A stretch of 64,000 nucleotides of DNA from Escherichia coli (GTDB lineage Bacteria > Pseudomonadota > Gammaproteobacteria > Enterobacterales > Enterobacteriaceae), in NCBI RefSeq assembly GCF_046105845.1, contig NZ_CP151004.1; one strand, 5' to 3'. The notes beneath the pieces are model-generated. The model did not search any database. It saw nothing but the letters and a program-made list of their open reading frames with translations, and was not told the origin of the DNA. The translations under genes and the position numbers were made by a program. This document shows positions 12,689 to 23,439 of this stretch, piece after piece (positions within the stretch are counted from its first letter, which is position 1; the number at the start of each line of letters is the position of its first letter).

Positions 12689-12964
12689 TTACTTCTTCTT
12701 ATAAATATTTGCCGTGCCGTGGATCTTATTGTCAGTTTGACCAGAGGTCAGCACCAACACATCAGCCCCTTTTTCATCGGCTTTTTTGATCAAATCTTCT
12801 TTCGCATCTGCGGTCGACATTTCATTACTGGTTGAAATATCACCTATTTTTTCATATTGCGATTCAACCTTTTCAAATTCCGCTTTGGTCATTAATTCTG
12901 CGGCATAGACATTGGTAACGGCAAACGCTAACGCACCGACTAACATTTTAGAGATTATTTTCAT
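12689..12964 (-). CDS. yahO: Small periplasmic protein YahO (DUF1471 family)
   Basis: 91 aa ORF with signal-peptide-like N-terminus and ATG start; position matches K-12 yahO. Confidence 0.85.
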   Translation of the reverse strand: MKIISKMLVGALAFAVTNVYAAELMTKAEFEKVESQYEKIGDISTSNEMSTADAKEDLIKKADEKGADVLVLTSGQTDNKIHGTANIYKKK

Positions 12965-13110
12965 ATTACGGCTCCAGAGTTGTTATCACACTATCACCCA
13001 CCGACATTATTGGGTTGATTAATAATTAGTTCAGTCAGGGCATAAACGCCAGTAACCGGAAATAAGACACTTTGTGATCTCTCTCGCACCCGATTATTTT
13101 TGGTAGAAAT

Positions 13111-13782
13111 ATGATGCAGTTAGTTCACTTATTTATGGATGAAATCACTATGGATCCTTTGCATGCCGTTTACCTGACCGTAGGACTGTTCGTGATTACT
13201 TTTTTTAATCCGGGAGCCAATCTCTTTGTGGTAGTACAAACCAGCCTGGCTTCCGGTCGACGCGCAGGGGTGCTGACCGGGCTGGGCGTGGCGCTGGGCG
13301 ATGCATTTTATTCCGGGTTGGGTTTGTTTGGTCTTGCAACGCTAATTACGCAGTGTGAGGAGATTTTTTCGCTTATCAGAATCGTCGGCGGCGCTTATCT
13401 CTTATGGTTTGCGTGGTGCAGCATGCGCCGCCAGTCAACACCGCAAATGAGCACACTACAACAACCGATTAACGCCCCCTGGTATGTCTTTTTTCGCCGC
13501 GGATTAATTACCGATCTCTCTAACCCGCAAACCGTTTTATTTTTTATCAGTATTTTCTCAGTAACATTAAATGCCGAAACACCAACATGGGCACGTTTAA
13601 TGGCCTGGGCGGGGATTGTGCTCGCATCAATTATCTGGCGAGTCTTTCTTAGTCAGGCGTTTTCTTTGCCCGCAGTGCGTCGTGCTTATGGGCGTATGCA
13701 ACGCGTTGCCAGTCGGGTTATTGGTGCAATTATTGGTGTATTCGCGCTACGCCTGATTTACGAAGGGGTGACGCAGCGGTGA
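13111..13782 (+). CDS. yahN: LysE/RhtB-family amino-acid exporter YahN
   Basis: 223 aa hydrophobic ORF with ATG start; gene order. Confidence 0.85.
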   Translation: MMQLVHLFMDEITMDPLHAVYLTVGLFVITFFNPGANLFVVVQTSLASGRRAGVLTGLGVALGDAFYSGLGLFGLATLITQCEEIFSLIRIVGGAYLLWFAWCSMRRQSTPQMSTLQQPINAPWYVFFRRGLITDLSNPQTVLFFISIFSVTLNAETPTWARLMAWAGIVLASIIWRVFLSQAFSLPAVRRAYGRMQRVASRVIGAIIGVFALRLIYEGVTQR

Positions 13783-13798
13783 GCAGATAATTTACTCT

Positions 13799-14044
13799 CT
13801 ACGTAATCAACCTGATTTGCCGAATCCCGACCATCGGCGATGATAGCCCCCGTAATGCGTGGTCCTTATTTCCGATAAGTTTACTTGAGTCTTTAGCTTC
13901 CCATTTCAGCCCACTCTCCCCTGTGTGGGCTTTTTTCATTGCTCTGACCCGTCCTGAATAGCCAAACAATGGCAATGTTCCACTTTGCAGGGATGATAAT
14001 AAGGGGATCTGATTCAGAAGAGTTTTGAAAAGTTGGACCGCCAT
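13799..14044 (-). CDS. yahM: Small uncharacterised protein YahM
   Basis: Internal ATG of the 91 aa track ORF gives 81 aa MAVQLFKTLLNQ..., matching the recalled length and position of K-12 yahM; no function known. Confidence 0.55.
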   Translation of the reverse strand: MAVQLFKTLLNQIPLLSSLQSGTLPLFGYSGRVRAMKKAHTGESGLKWEAKDSSKLIGNKDHALRGLSSPMVGIRQIRLIT

Positions 14045-14456
14045 CGAGGCCTCGAACCCCGTACCATACAACAATCCTGGTTGTCGTCTGCTCTTCCTGA
14101 TGAGCTAATGGCGGTTTTTGATATGAGCCTTACAGCATATTTTCTGTCAGGCTTGAGTGCGATGCGTAAGATACAGAAAAGACCCCACACAAACATGATG
14201 GAATTATGATTTTTTTCATATGAATGTCAACCCACACATTCACAAAACATCTGCATGAGATCATTTTTTATACACCGTATAGCTGCGAAACCACTGCTGA
14301 TGCTTTTTTAAGCGAAGTGTCGCCGATCACAACAAAATATCGGCGAAAAAGGCGGTGGAATGCCATTTGGCATACGGATATACAGATGAAATGATCACCT
14401 GCTTTGCGATTCACTCTCTGGTGGAATAACAACTCGCAGGTGGACCCCTTTCTGAA

Positions 14457-15272
14457 CTAAAGAGTGTAGCGGATTTTAACGTGCTTATTTACAGGATAAT
14501 ATCTGTCACCTAATTCCTGCACTCTATTAGATATCCATTGATTTAATCGCGCATCATCTCTGTATGTTTTTACGTCCAGAACAGAGAGCAATAACATCAC
14601 CAGTGATTCAGGAAAAACAGGGTAGATATTTTTTAAGTGTAATAATAATCCATGCGCAAGCGCCTGCTTAATGGGTGCGTCGGTCTCCGGAATAGACGAC
14701 ATTTCGCGAAGCCATTTTTCCACATGCATACACTCTTTCCCTTTAGGGAAAAGTCTCAGCAAAGGCATATGGTGTTCAAGAAGAATACATTTGCAATCTG
14801 TTCGCACTGAATCGATAAACTGCACTAATTTCTTAAGCCCGGTAAAGCGTCCAGCCTGCACGTTTGCTTTAATATCAAGAAACGCATCATCCTGGTCATA
14901 TACCCAAACTGTCCCTTTTTGATTTTCAAGTATGCGAAAAACAAACTTAACCGGGTGATCAGGGTAATCCATCCAGTCATAAAACCCAGGGAAATCACTA
15001 AACTGCACATTTATGGTGAGTGCGTTATCGTCTGACCACTCACAGTCTCGTACGGCAGCCATGAGATGAATGAGTTTGTCATCATCGACTAAATCATCAC
15101 GACAATCATAAGGATAATCATAATATTGTTTAATCAAAACCTTGAATATATCGACACAGGAAACCAGGGAGCTTTTGATATCCTCTGGTAACTGATTGTT
15201 TTTAACCGTATTAAGTATGCTTTGTTGCGTATATGGCATCAAATTATTGTGCGGAGCTTTTAATGATATCAT
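14457..15272 (-). CDS. yahL: Uncharacterised protein YahL
   Basis: 271 aa ORF with ATG start, AT-rich; position and length match K-12 yahL. Confidence 0.8.
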   Translation of the reverse strand: MISLKAPHNNLMPYTQQSILNTVKNNQLPEDIKSSLVSCVDIFKVLIKQYYDYPYDCRDDLVDDDKLIHLMAAVRDCEWSDDNALTINVQFSDFPGFYDWMDYPDHPVKFVFRILENQKGTVWVYDQDDAFLDIKANVQAGRFTGLKKLVQFIDSVRTDCKCILLEHHMPLLRLFPKGKECMHVEKWLREMSSIPETDAPIKQALAHGLLLHLKNIYPVFPESLVMLLLSVLDVKTYRDDARLNQWISNRVQELGDRYYPVNKHVKIRYTL

Positions 15273-15437
15273 CGCGATCTCTCTTAAATAAAAATAAACG
15301 TCGCAGATAATAAAGCTCTGATTAAACCAGGCACTATCAGAAATCGCTCATAACTAACGTGTGAAGTATTGTGTCCTGGAGGGAGTTAATTTAACAATTT
15401 GAATTTACGTTATAGGTTTTACTGCTACTTTGATATT

Positions 15438-15479
15438 ATTTCGCTCTCCTTAACTAAAAAGTTAAGTGGAGAGCGAAAT
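15438..15479. terminator. Strong hairpin downstream of yahK (candidate terminator)
   Basis: ATTTCGCTCTCC-TTAACTAAAAAGTTAA-GTGGAGAGCGAAAT, near-perfect inverted repeat between the yahK stop (15515) and yahL start (15272). Confidence 0.4.
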
Positions 15480-15514
15480 TAATATGTTAAACCACAGGAT
15501 ATTTATTAATTTTT

Positions 15515-16564
15515 TCAGTCTGTTAGTGTGCGATTATCGATAACAAAACGATATTTCACATCACCACGCAGCATTCGCTCATAGGCTTCATTAATTTGAT
15601 CGGCCCGAATCATCTCTATATCAGCCACGATGCCATGTTCGGCGCAAAAATCGAGCATCTCCTGAGTTTCTGGAATGCCGCCAATCATAGAGCCGGCTAT
15701 CGCGCGGCGTTTCATGATCAGGTTGAAAACTTCCGGCGATTTATGCGGTGTCGCAGGCGCACCAACCAGCGTCATGGTGCCATCGCGCTTCAGCAAGGTG
15801 GTAAAATCGTCGAGATTATGTGGCGCAGCTACTGTATTCAAAATGAAATCGAAACTCTTCAGATGAGCCGCCATCTCATCGGCATTGCGTGAGTTAACAA
15901 CTTCATCGGCCCCCAGGGCTTTTGCCGCTTCGCGTTTTGACTCCGAAGTGGTAAATGCCACCACATGTGCCCCCATCGCGTGGGCCAGCTTAATCCCCAT
16001 ATGTCCCAGACCGCCGATGCCAACCACGCCCACTTTTTTACCCGGCCCGGCCTGCCAGTGACGTAGCGGCGAGTATGTGGTGATCCCTGCACACAATAAA
16101 GGAGCCACCGCCGCCAGCTGCTCTTGCGGGTGACGAATACGCAGAACATATCGCTCATGAACGACGATCTGTTGTGAGTAGCCGCCCAGCGTATGGCCCG
16201 GTTCGTCCGGCGTCGGCGAGTTATAGGTGCCGGTCATGTGATCACAGTAGTTTTCCAGCCCGTCTTCACACTCTTCGCAATGTTTACAACTGTCGACAAT
16301 GCAGCCGACACCGACCAGATCGCCCGTCGCATGTTTTTCTACCTGATCACCAACGGCTACCACACGCCCTACAATTTCATGGCCCGGCACGCAGGGATAA
16401 ACCGTCCCCGCCCACTCGGAACGGACCTGGTGGATATCGGAATGGCAGACGCCACAGTAAGCGATTTCAATTTTGACATCATGCGGTCCCGGTTCACGCC
16501 TGGTAATATCCATCGGTTCCAGCGGTTGTTTAGCGGAATATGCACCAACAGCTTTGATCTTCAT
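15515..16564 (-). CDS. yahK: NADPH-dependent aldehyde reductase, zinc alcohol-dehydrogenase family
   Basis: 349 aa ORF with ATG start; zinc-ADH motifs (GVCHSD, GHEIVG, GVVGIGGLGH). Confidence 0.9.
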   Translation of the reverse strand: MKIKAVGAYSAKQPLEPMDITRREPGPHDVKIEIAYCGVCHSDIHQVRSEWAGTVYPCVPGHEIVGRVVAVGDQVEKHATGDLVGVGCIVDSCKHCEECEDGLENYCDHMTGTYNSPTPDEPGHTLGGYSQQIVVHERYVLRIRHPQEQLAAVAPLLCAGITTYSPLRHWQAGPGKKVGVVGIGGLGHMGIKLAHAMGAHVVAFTTSESKREAAKALGADEVVNSRNADEMAAHLKSFDFILNTVAAPHNLDDFTTLLKRDGTMTLVGAPATPHKSPEVFNLIMKRRAIAGSMIGGIPETQEMLDFCAEHGIVADIEMIRADQINEAYERMLRGDVKYRFVIDNRTLTD

Positions 16565-16650
16565 TGTGTTTACTCCTGATTAGCTATGTGTATTTGGCGA
16601 TGCCTGATATGTCATCGCGGCAAAACGCGTCCATTGAATATAGCCAATAT

Positions 16651-17607
16651 TTAAACCACCCGATCCAGCCCCAACATGCCGCGAGCCTGAATGAAACAGA
16701 GCAGCAACGTTCCCCATAAGGCCATCGTCAGGTAGGGACTTATACCGAGAATATTGAAGCCGCTTTCAATAATTTGCAGAAGAAACAGCGCCAGCACCAT
16801 ACCAATTATCCGCCCGCTGCCGCCGTCCGGATTAACCCCGCCGAGTACTGCCGCGAGGATTGACACCAGCAAGTACGATTCGCCATAAGAGGCCTTAGCC
16901 GAGTTGAGTTTCGACATCATCAAAAATGCCGCTACCGCACAAAGCAAGGCGGAAATGACATACACCCATATCAGCACCCGACGAGTGTTAATACCGGAGT
17001 AAAGTGTTGCTCGTTCGTTAGAACCAATCAGATAAATGGATTTACCGAGCGGCGTTTTCTCCAGCAATATCCACAGCCCCAGCGCCACTGCGGCAAACAA
17101 CCACATCGGTAGCGGAATACCGAACCATTGCGCATGATTCAACCACAGCACCCATGAGGGATAATTGGCAATGGCGCTACCACCTGTCACCAGAATATTT
17201 ATCCCTTTGAGCAACGTCATCATCCCAAGCGTTGCAAGAATTGGCGACACTCGAATACCAGCAATCAATACGCCGTTACATAAACCGATTATCACCGCCG
17301 CGCCAGCGCCCGCCAGTAACGTAGCGACAACCGTAGCAATACCCGGTGGATACTGAGTCGCCACCCACGCCATCACCAGTGAACAGGCGTTAGCAGTGGC
17401 AATAATTGACAAGTTAATGCCACCGCAAAGCATGGTCACCGCCATAGCCAACGCCAGAATGCCCAGCACGGGCATTTGCGAAGCGACGGACTGGAAATTA
17501 CTTATCGACCAGAAAATCTCCGGCATAGTAATGCTGAACGCGGCAACCGTTAGCACCAGCAGGCCGATCAAGTAAAACTCAACGTTATTACGCCACGATT
17601 TTTTCAT
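16651..17607 (-). CDS. Sugar ABC transporter permease (second membrane subunit)
   Basis: Polytopic membrane ORF; ATG at 17607 overlaps the upstream permease stop in an ATGA arrangement (track start 17637 is a GTG extension); final gene of a binding-protein/ATPase/permease/permease operon. Confidence 0.8.
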   Translation of the reverse strand: MKKSWRNNVEFYLIGLLVLTVAAFSITMPEIFWSISNFQSVASQMPVLGILALAMAVTMLCGGINLSIIATANACSLVMAWVATQYPPGIATVVATLLAGAGAAVIIGLCNGVLIAGIRVSPILATLGMMTLLKGINILVTGGSAIANYPSWVLWLNHAQWFGIPLPMWLFAAVALGLWILLEKTPLGKSIYLIGSNERATLYSGINTRRVLIWVYVISALLCAVAAFLMMSKLNSAKASYGESYLLVSILAAVLGGVNPDGGSGRIIGMVLALFLLQIIESGFNILGISPYLTMALWGTLLLCFIQARGMLGLDRVV

Positions 17608-18575
17608 AGCAGACTCCGGTTCTGATGCTGACTCCACGCCGTGGCGCTAATGCTGGCAACGATGATGATGCCTGTGATCAATGTTTGCCAGTAAGACGAG
17701 ACTCCCAATAAATTTAGCCCGTTTTGCATCACTGCCAACAACACCACGCCGAGCAAAGTACCGGTTAACGTGCCGCGCCCGCCGAGCAAACTAGTGCCGC
17801 CAAGCACCACCGCAGCCAGTACTGTCAGCTCATAACCCAGAAGAGAATCGGGGGCGACAGTCATCACCGTCCACGACTGCACTACACCCGCAGCGCCAGA
17901 CATCAATCCCATATAGCCATAGACGAAAAGTTGCAGTTTCAGCACGCTAAAGCCGATGCGACTGGCTGATTCACGATTCCCGCCAAGGGCATAAATTTTG
18001 CGCCCTACACTGGTGAAATTCATGATAAACGCTGTCAGCAGCACCACCGTAATCATGGCGATCAGCGGCAGACCAAGGCCATAGTCATAGCCGTCAGCAT
18101 CGGTGTACTTGAACAACATTATCCCCTGCTCAAACCACGGCGGAAAGTCGTACAGCCACACACCTTTACTCAACCATAACAGCAGGCCATAGAAAATATT
18201 CAGCGTCGAAATGGTGATGATGATAGACGGCACCCGTAGGCGATTAACCAGTAAGGCGTTTATTAAGCCAAGTAAAATGCCGATGCCGCCCGCCAGGGCA
18301 AACGCGACAGCAAAGTTGCCACCAATTTTTTGCAGCAACAGCACCATGCCGTATTGCGCAATGATGGTCATTGCCGGAAACGAAATATCAATCCCACCGG
18401 AAATTAACACCACAAACAAACCACAGGCGAGAATAGTCAACATGGCATAGTTATTGGCGAGATCGTACAAATTACCGAATGTCAGAAACTCGTCGCTGCG
18501 CCAGGCAAGGCCGACAAACAGCCCCACAATCAGTAATGCCAGCCAGAATTCATGGCGTTTTTTCAGTTCAGCCAT
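17604..18575 (-). CDS. Sugar ABC transporter permease (first membrane subunit)
   Basis: 323 aa hydrophobic ORF with ATG start, overlapping the ATPase stop by 8 bp. Confidence 0.8.
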   Translation of the reverse strand: MAELKKRHEFWLALLIVGLFVGLAWRSDEFLTFGNLYDLANNYAMLTILACGLFVVLISGGIDISFPAMTIIAQYGMVLLLQKIGGNFAVAFALAGGIGILLGLINALLVNRLRVPSIIITISTLNIFYGLLLWLSKGVWLYDFPPWFEQGIMLFKYTDADGYDYGLGLPLIAMITVVLLTAFIMNFTSVGRKIYALGGNRESASRIGFSVLKLQLFVYGYMGLMSGAAGVVQSWTVMTVAPDSLLGYELTVLAAVVLGGTSLLGGRGTLTGTLLGVVLLAVMQNGLNLLGVSSYWQTLITGIIIVASISATAWSQHQNRSLL

Positions 18576-20052
18576 TTACCACCTCCGCAATTCTGGCCTG
18601 AGAACTGCTGTCAGGCAGGAAGCTATGGGTGATCTGACCTTTTTGCATTACCAAAATCCGGTGGCTTTGATACCACGCTTCTTCAATTTCATCGCAGATC
18701 ATCAATACCGCAATGCCATGAGCCGCCAGATCGCTGATAATGCCGTATATTCCTGCTTTGTTGGCGATATCAACACCGACTGTCGGGCTATCGAGAATCA
18801 ACAGTCGTGGCCCAATCGCCAGCCATTTGGCGATCGATACTCGCTGCGCGTTACCCCCGGAAAGCGTATTCACCGGGAGATGTGGGTCAGAGACTTTGAT
18901 GGTCAATGCCTTGATTAGCCTGTCCACCAGGTCACGCACTTTAGCTTCACTCAGAAAGCCGAAGCGATCTTTTACCTTGTGAAAAACAGTGCTAATGATG
19001 TTGTCTTCAATAGATTGCGCCATCACCAAACCGCGCGACATGCGATCTTCCGAAACATAACCAATACCGTGGCGGATGGCGTCCTGGTTACTATGCAGTG
19101 TAACCGGCTGACCGTTGATGAGGATCTCACCAGCATCCGGTCGGGTCATACCAAACAGACTCAGACATAATTCCGTGCGCCCCGCACCAAGCAGGCCAAC
19201 AATCGACACCACTTCGCCCGCTTCCACCCGCAAGTTAATATTTTGATATTCCCCCTGACGACTTAAATTACGCACCTCCAGCACCCGGGTGCTGGATTTT
19301 CCCTGCCACAACTCTCGCACCTGATATTCAAACTCCTGGCCGGTCATCAGGAAACCGAGTTGTTTTGTGGTCATCTCTGCAGCCGGAAAGGTCCCGACCA
19401 GCTCACCATCTTTCAACACTGAAATACGGTCGGAAACTTCCATCACTTCTTCCAGACGATGACTGACGAAGACCACGCAGATCCCGCGTTCCCGCAATTG
19501 ATGCACCACCTGTAATAACCCTTGCACTTCCTGATGGGTCAGCGAAGCGGTGGGTTCATCCATCACGATCAACCGTGCGTCCTGCGCCAGTGCACGGCAA
19601 ATTGCCACCAGCTGACAGCGGGCAATTGAAAGCTCAGAAACGAGCGTATCCAGTGGCAATGTGACGTTAATACTGGTCATTGCCGCCTGCGCCACCTCAC
19701 GCAGACGACGGCGGTTAACAAACAGACCGTGGTGATAGTGATTCACGGCGATATTCTCCCAGACACTCAGGTTAGGAAATAAAGAGAGGTCCTGATAAAT
19801 CACCTGAATCCCCTGCGCCACCGAAGCGGCGGGTGTCAGCTTTGACCAGTTTTTCCCACCAAGCGTAATTTCCGCCCCCTCATCCGGGCGATAAACACCG
19901 GACATAATTTTAATCAACGTCGATTTACCACAGCCGTTTTGCCCGGCAAGGCAGTGCACCTCACCCGACATAAAGTCGAGAGAAACATCGCGCAGCGCTC
20001 GCGTGGCATGAAACGTTTTGTTGATATGACGAAGGGAAAGGAAGGTTTCCAT
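18568..20052 (-). CDS. Sugar ABC transporter ATP-binding protein (tandem nucleotide-binding domains)
   Basis: About 494 aa from the ATG at 20052 (METFLSLRHINK...); two Walker A-type motifs (GQNGCGKST and GLLGAGRTE) and an LSGGNAQR signature, typical of ribose/galactofuranose/AI-2-type importer ATPases. Confidence 0.85.
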   Translation of the reverse strand: METFLSLRHINKTFHATRALRDVSLDFMSGEVHCLAGQNGCGKSTLIKIMSGVYRPDEGAEITLGGKNWSKLTPAASVAQGIQVIYQDLSLFPNLSVWENIAVNHYHHGLFVNRRRLREVAQAAMTSINVTLPLDTLVSELSIARCQLVAICRALAQDARLIVMDEPTASLTHQEVQGLLQVVHQLRERGICVVFVSHRLEEVMEVSDRISVLKDGELVGTFPAAEMTTKQLGFLMTGQEFEYQVRELWQGKSSTRVLEVRNLSRQGEYQNINLRVEAGEVVSIVGLLGAGRTELCLSLFGMTRPDAGEILINGQPVTLHSNQDAIRHGIGYVSEDRMSRGLVMAQSIEDNIISTVFHKVKDRFGFLSEAKVRDLVDRLIKALTIKVSDPHLPVNTLSGGNAQRVSIAKWLAIGPRLLILDSPTVGVDIANKAGIYGIISDLAAHGIAVLMICDEIEEAWYQSHRILVMQKGQITHSFLPDSSSQARIAEVVNG

Positions 20053-20100
20053 AGCATCCCCTGGCAATAAGAATCGGGGCTTTCGCCCCGAAGAAATGGA

Positions 20101-21087
20101 TTAATAAAGTGAGTCGATATTGTCTTTGTTGACCAGTAATACCTTATGGAAACGGATAATTCGCTTATCCATATCTACGTCGGCCTTACCGAGATTCTCC
20201 ATTTCTAATCCAGGTTTGATCTCTTCACCCTTCAGCAACGTGCTGGCGACGGCCGCGAGTGCGTAACCTGCAGAGGCCGGATCGTAAGTAATCCCTTCAG
20301 TGATATCACCACTTTTAATCAGTGATGCCGCCTGTGAAGGGATCATCATGCCATAGACTGCGACTTTATTTTTCGCCCGTTTCTCTTTCACTGCACGTCC
20401 CGCGCCAATCGGACCGTTTGAACCAAAGGAGACAACCGCTTTCAAGTCAGGATAGGTTTTCATCAGGTCCAGTGTGGTTCGACGTGAGTCATCCACACTC
20501 TCGGCAACCGGCATGCGGCGGGTAACTTCATGCATATCCGGGTAATGCTCTTTCTGGTATTTCACCAGCAAGTCAGCCCATAAGTTATGCTGCGGCACGG
20601 TCAAACTACCCACGTAAATCACATAGCCGCCCTTGCCACCCATGCGTTTCGCCATATGCTCAACATATTCAGCGGCAAATTTTTCGTTATCAATGATTTC
20701 GATATCCCAGTTAGCACTTGGCTGACCGGGGGATTCGTTGGTCAGAACCACAATTCCGGCATCTCGCGCTTTTTTGAATACCGGTTCCAGCACGTTGGCA
20801 TCGTTTGGCACAATTGTAATTGCATTAACCTTACGGGCGATTAAATCCTCAATGATTTTAACCTGTTGCGGAGCATCAGTACTTGAAGGCCCCACCTGTG
20901 ACGCATTAACACCAAAGGCTTTACCCGCCTCGACCACACCTTCGCCCATGCGATTAAACCAAGGCATACCATCGACTTTAGAGATATTCACCACGACTTT
21001 TTCCGCTGCCTGGAGCGGCGCAGAAATTAGCGCAGCGCCTAATAACAGCGAAGACACCATATTGATAACAAAACGTTTATTCATCAT
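20101..21087 (-). CDS. Periplasmic sugar-binding protein of ABC transporter
   Basis: 328 aa ORF with signal peptide (MMNKRFVINMVSSLLLGAALISAPLQA) followed by a periplasmic-binding-protein fold typical of monosaccharide/AI-2 binders; first gene of the transporter operon. Confidence 0.8.
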   Translation of the reverse strand: MMNKRFVINMVSSLLLGAALISAPLQAAEKVVVNISKVDGMPWFNRMGEGVVEAGKAFGVNASQVGPSSTDAPQQVKIIEDLIARKVNAITIVPNDANVLEPVFKKARDAGIVVLTNESPGQPSANWDIEIIDNEKFAAEYVEHMAKRMGGKGGYVIYVGSLTVPQHNLWADLLVKYQKEHYPDMHEVTRRMPVAESVDDSRRTTLDLMKTYPDLKAVVSFGSNGPIGAGRAVKEKRAKNKVAVYGMMIPSQAASLIKSGDITEGITYDPASAGYALAAVASTLLKGEEIKPGLEMENLGKADVDMDKRIIRFHKVLLVNKDNIDSLY

Positions 21088-21337
21088 TTCAGCCTCATTG
21101 CAGGGTAGTCAGGAAGTGTTCGCCCAAATTAGCGCGCTGGAGAGAATAAGAATTTTCGAATATTTTTATGCAGAATAAACAGCCCTATTTCAGGCAGCTA
21201 TTAAAAATTTGGTTATAAATATGGACAAAACGGGCAGAAACAATAAGTGTGACAATCATCACGTAAAAAATAGCAAAATAAACAAAATTAGCGATACTTT
21301 ATGTTTGTGAGCTTATTTCGCGTAGAAAAATAGTTAT

Positions 21338-21748
21338 CTACACAACGTCAATAAGGGCATATTCTTCAAAGATAACGTCCATTTCGGGTGAATAGTATCC
21401 TTCTGCCTGGAAAAAACGACGGTGTTCATTACGCCAATATTCAAGACTGAGGTCACCTTCACCTTCCTTACGGGCAAGCTCCGCGGTGACATCAGAAAAG
21501 CGCAGTAAATGCAGGCCAATCACTCTGATAACACAGACAGGCTCACCACGGCTATTTTCTACAATCTTATACTCACCAATCATCGGAAATGCGTTGTCTT
21601 CAATACATCCCGCCAGCGAACCACAGGAAGCTGTTTTAACACCAGTCGCAATCAACGTTGCGAGGTGATCGGCCAACGCTGCTGAATCGCCAAAAGTACA
21701 AAAGGAAGCATGGGGATATTTTTGTGAGATTTTTTCTTTTATGGTCAT
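21338..21748 (-). CDS. ASCH-domain-like small protein (uncharacterised)
   Basis: ORF track start 21778 is a TTG; ATG at 21748 gives about 136 aa MTIKEKISQKYPHASFCTFGD...; the ASCH call is from recalled similarity only; sits upstream of the ABC transporter on the same strand. Confidence 0.5.
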   Translation of the reverse strand: MTIKEKISQKYPHASFCTFGDSAALADHLATLIATGVKTASCGSLAGCIEDNAFPMIGEYKIVENSRGEPVCVIRVIGLHLLRFSDVTAELARKEGEGDLSLEYWRNEHRRFFQAEGYYSPEMDVIFEEYALIDVV

Positions 21749-22047
21749 GAGAATATTTTCGCGATTACGGAAAAACAAATCACATCTTAATTACTGTTGA
21801 TAACCATCAGCAAGAGTATCATTGGTTTTTCGATACTGAATCTTTTTTATCCGAAGCAGGTCACATTTATGGCCTGATAAATACCTTTGTTAAAACTCAC
21901 TTTTGTGTATTTCTCTCAAATAATCCCCTGGAAATTATGCCGGGAGATTATAAAGTTCAGGATCATTCATTAGCAAACCATTGCTGCCCCACTCCCTGGG
22001 GCTTTAAATCTCTTACGATTCACCATTGCAGGCGTTTCAAATGCGTA

Positions 22048-23430
22048 TCAACCTGCCACACTCCCCCACACCAGTTGTCCTTTATGGAACGTTGCCGTTC
22101 TCGGCGAGATACGCGCCACCGCCTCGGCGGAACAGGAGGCGTCCACCAGCACAAAACTGGCGTCATCCTGCGCTTTGGGCCACACGCGCTCGCCTTTTTC
22201 ATTCAGCGGCAATACATCGCCAGTGGCTAAAAACAGCGAACGGGACAAATTCTGTTCGTTAGGGCGAATATAGAGCTGCGCGTACAGATTGGCTTTTTCC
22301 AGCATGTCGCCCAGGCCGTAAGGTGACCAGTGGTCGATAACGCTGTCAGTTCCTGTCATGACTTTTACGCCTTTGTCGTGCAGTTGTTTGAGCGGCATAT
22401 GCAGCGTGCCAATCGGCACCGTCGAAGCGATAGAAATTTGCTGCGCCGCCATCCGGTGCGCCAGTTCATCTACCTGTTGTTCGTTGAGCGTTGCCAGCGC
22501 GAAGGCGTGGCTGATGGTCAGCTTGCCCTTCAGCTGTGGCGTTTTCTCTACCGTTTCAACCATATAGTTGATGGCTGCCACGCCTGCCGGAGTGGTTTCG
22601 TGCAGGTGAATATCGACGCCTTTGTCGTAGTCCAGCGCAATCTGGAACATGGTGTCGAGGGATTTTTCCATCGCGCCATCAACACTGGTTGGGTCCAGCC
22701 CGCCGACGTAATGCGCCCCCGCCTGCATCGCTTCGCGCATTAAGGGTTCTGATTTCGACAGCAGCAAACCGTGCTGCGGGAAGGCGACAATTTCACACTC
22801 GAAGCCCGCCTGACGTCGCGCCAGCACCGCCTGCAAATTTTGCAGATTTTTCAGGCCGGAAACCGGTTCGATATTGCAGTGGCTGCGGGCAATGGTAGTG
22901 CCTTTCGACTGCAATAAATCGATCAGTTTTTCCGCTCGTTCCTGAGTGTACGGTTGCAGCTCCGGCAGCATTTTCTGCTCGAGTTTGATCATGTCCTGGA
23001 TGGTGGTGCCTGCCGGGCGATTGAGCGAGCGCCACGGCCCGCCGTAAAAGGTTTTGTCGAGATGAATATGCATGTCACGGGTGGTGGGCAGCATCAGCTT
23101 ACCGCCAGCGTCATAGTGCGGCAGCGTGGCGTCCGGATGCTGCTTGTTCTCGCGCAGGGCAACAATTTTGCCGTTCTGAATCTCTACGGTCTGGTGCGCC
23201 GTGCGGGTCTGTACCGCCACGCCATTTTCGTAGTCAAAACCGGTTTCCAGCAGCACGTTGTCGAGATAGTAGTGCGGGTCAGTGATTTTCATGGTGTTAT
23301 TCGCGTCGCAGTGGGTTGTGCCAGAGACTGCCGCATGGGCGAGCGGCACAGAGGTACCAAACAGCGCGGCGGCGGTGACCATCTTACCGCTCTGGCTCAG
23401 AAACTCACGGCGGCTATTGTTTTTTTTCAT
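22048..23430 (-). CDS. yahJ: Amidohydrolase-family deaminase YahJ with Tat-type signal peptide
   Basis: 460 aa ORF with ATG start; N-terminal SRREFL twin-arginine motif followed by a hydrophobic stretch and AHA cleavage-like site; metal-dependent hydrolase motifs (HIHLD). Confidence 0.9.
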   Translation of the reverse strand: MKKNNSRREFLSQSGKMVTAAALFGTSVPLAHAAVSGTTHCDANNTMKITDPHYYLDNVLLETGFDYENGVAVQTRTAHQTVEIQNGKIVALRENKQHPDATLPHYDAGGKLMLPTTRDMHIHLDKTFYGGPWRSLNRPAGTTIQDMIKLEQKMLPELQPYTQERAEKLIDLLQSKGTTIARSHCNIEPVSGLKNLQNLQAVLARRQAGFECEIVAFPQHGLLLSKSEPLMREAMQAGAHYVGGLDPTSVDGAMEKSLDTMFQIALDYDKGVDIHLHETTPAGVAAINYMVETVEKTPQLKGKLTISHAFALATLNEQQVDELAHRMAAQQISIASTVPIGTLHMPLKQLHDKGVKVMTGTDSVIDHWSPYGLGDMLEKANLYAQLYIRPNEQNLSRSLFLATGDVLPLNEKGERVWPKAQDDASFVLVDASCSAEAVARISPRTATFHKGQLVWGSVAG

Positions 23431-23439
23431 CTTACGTCC

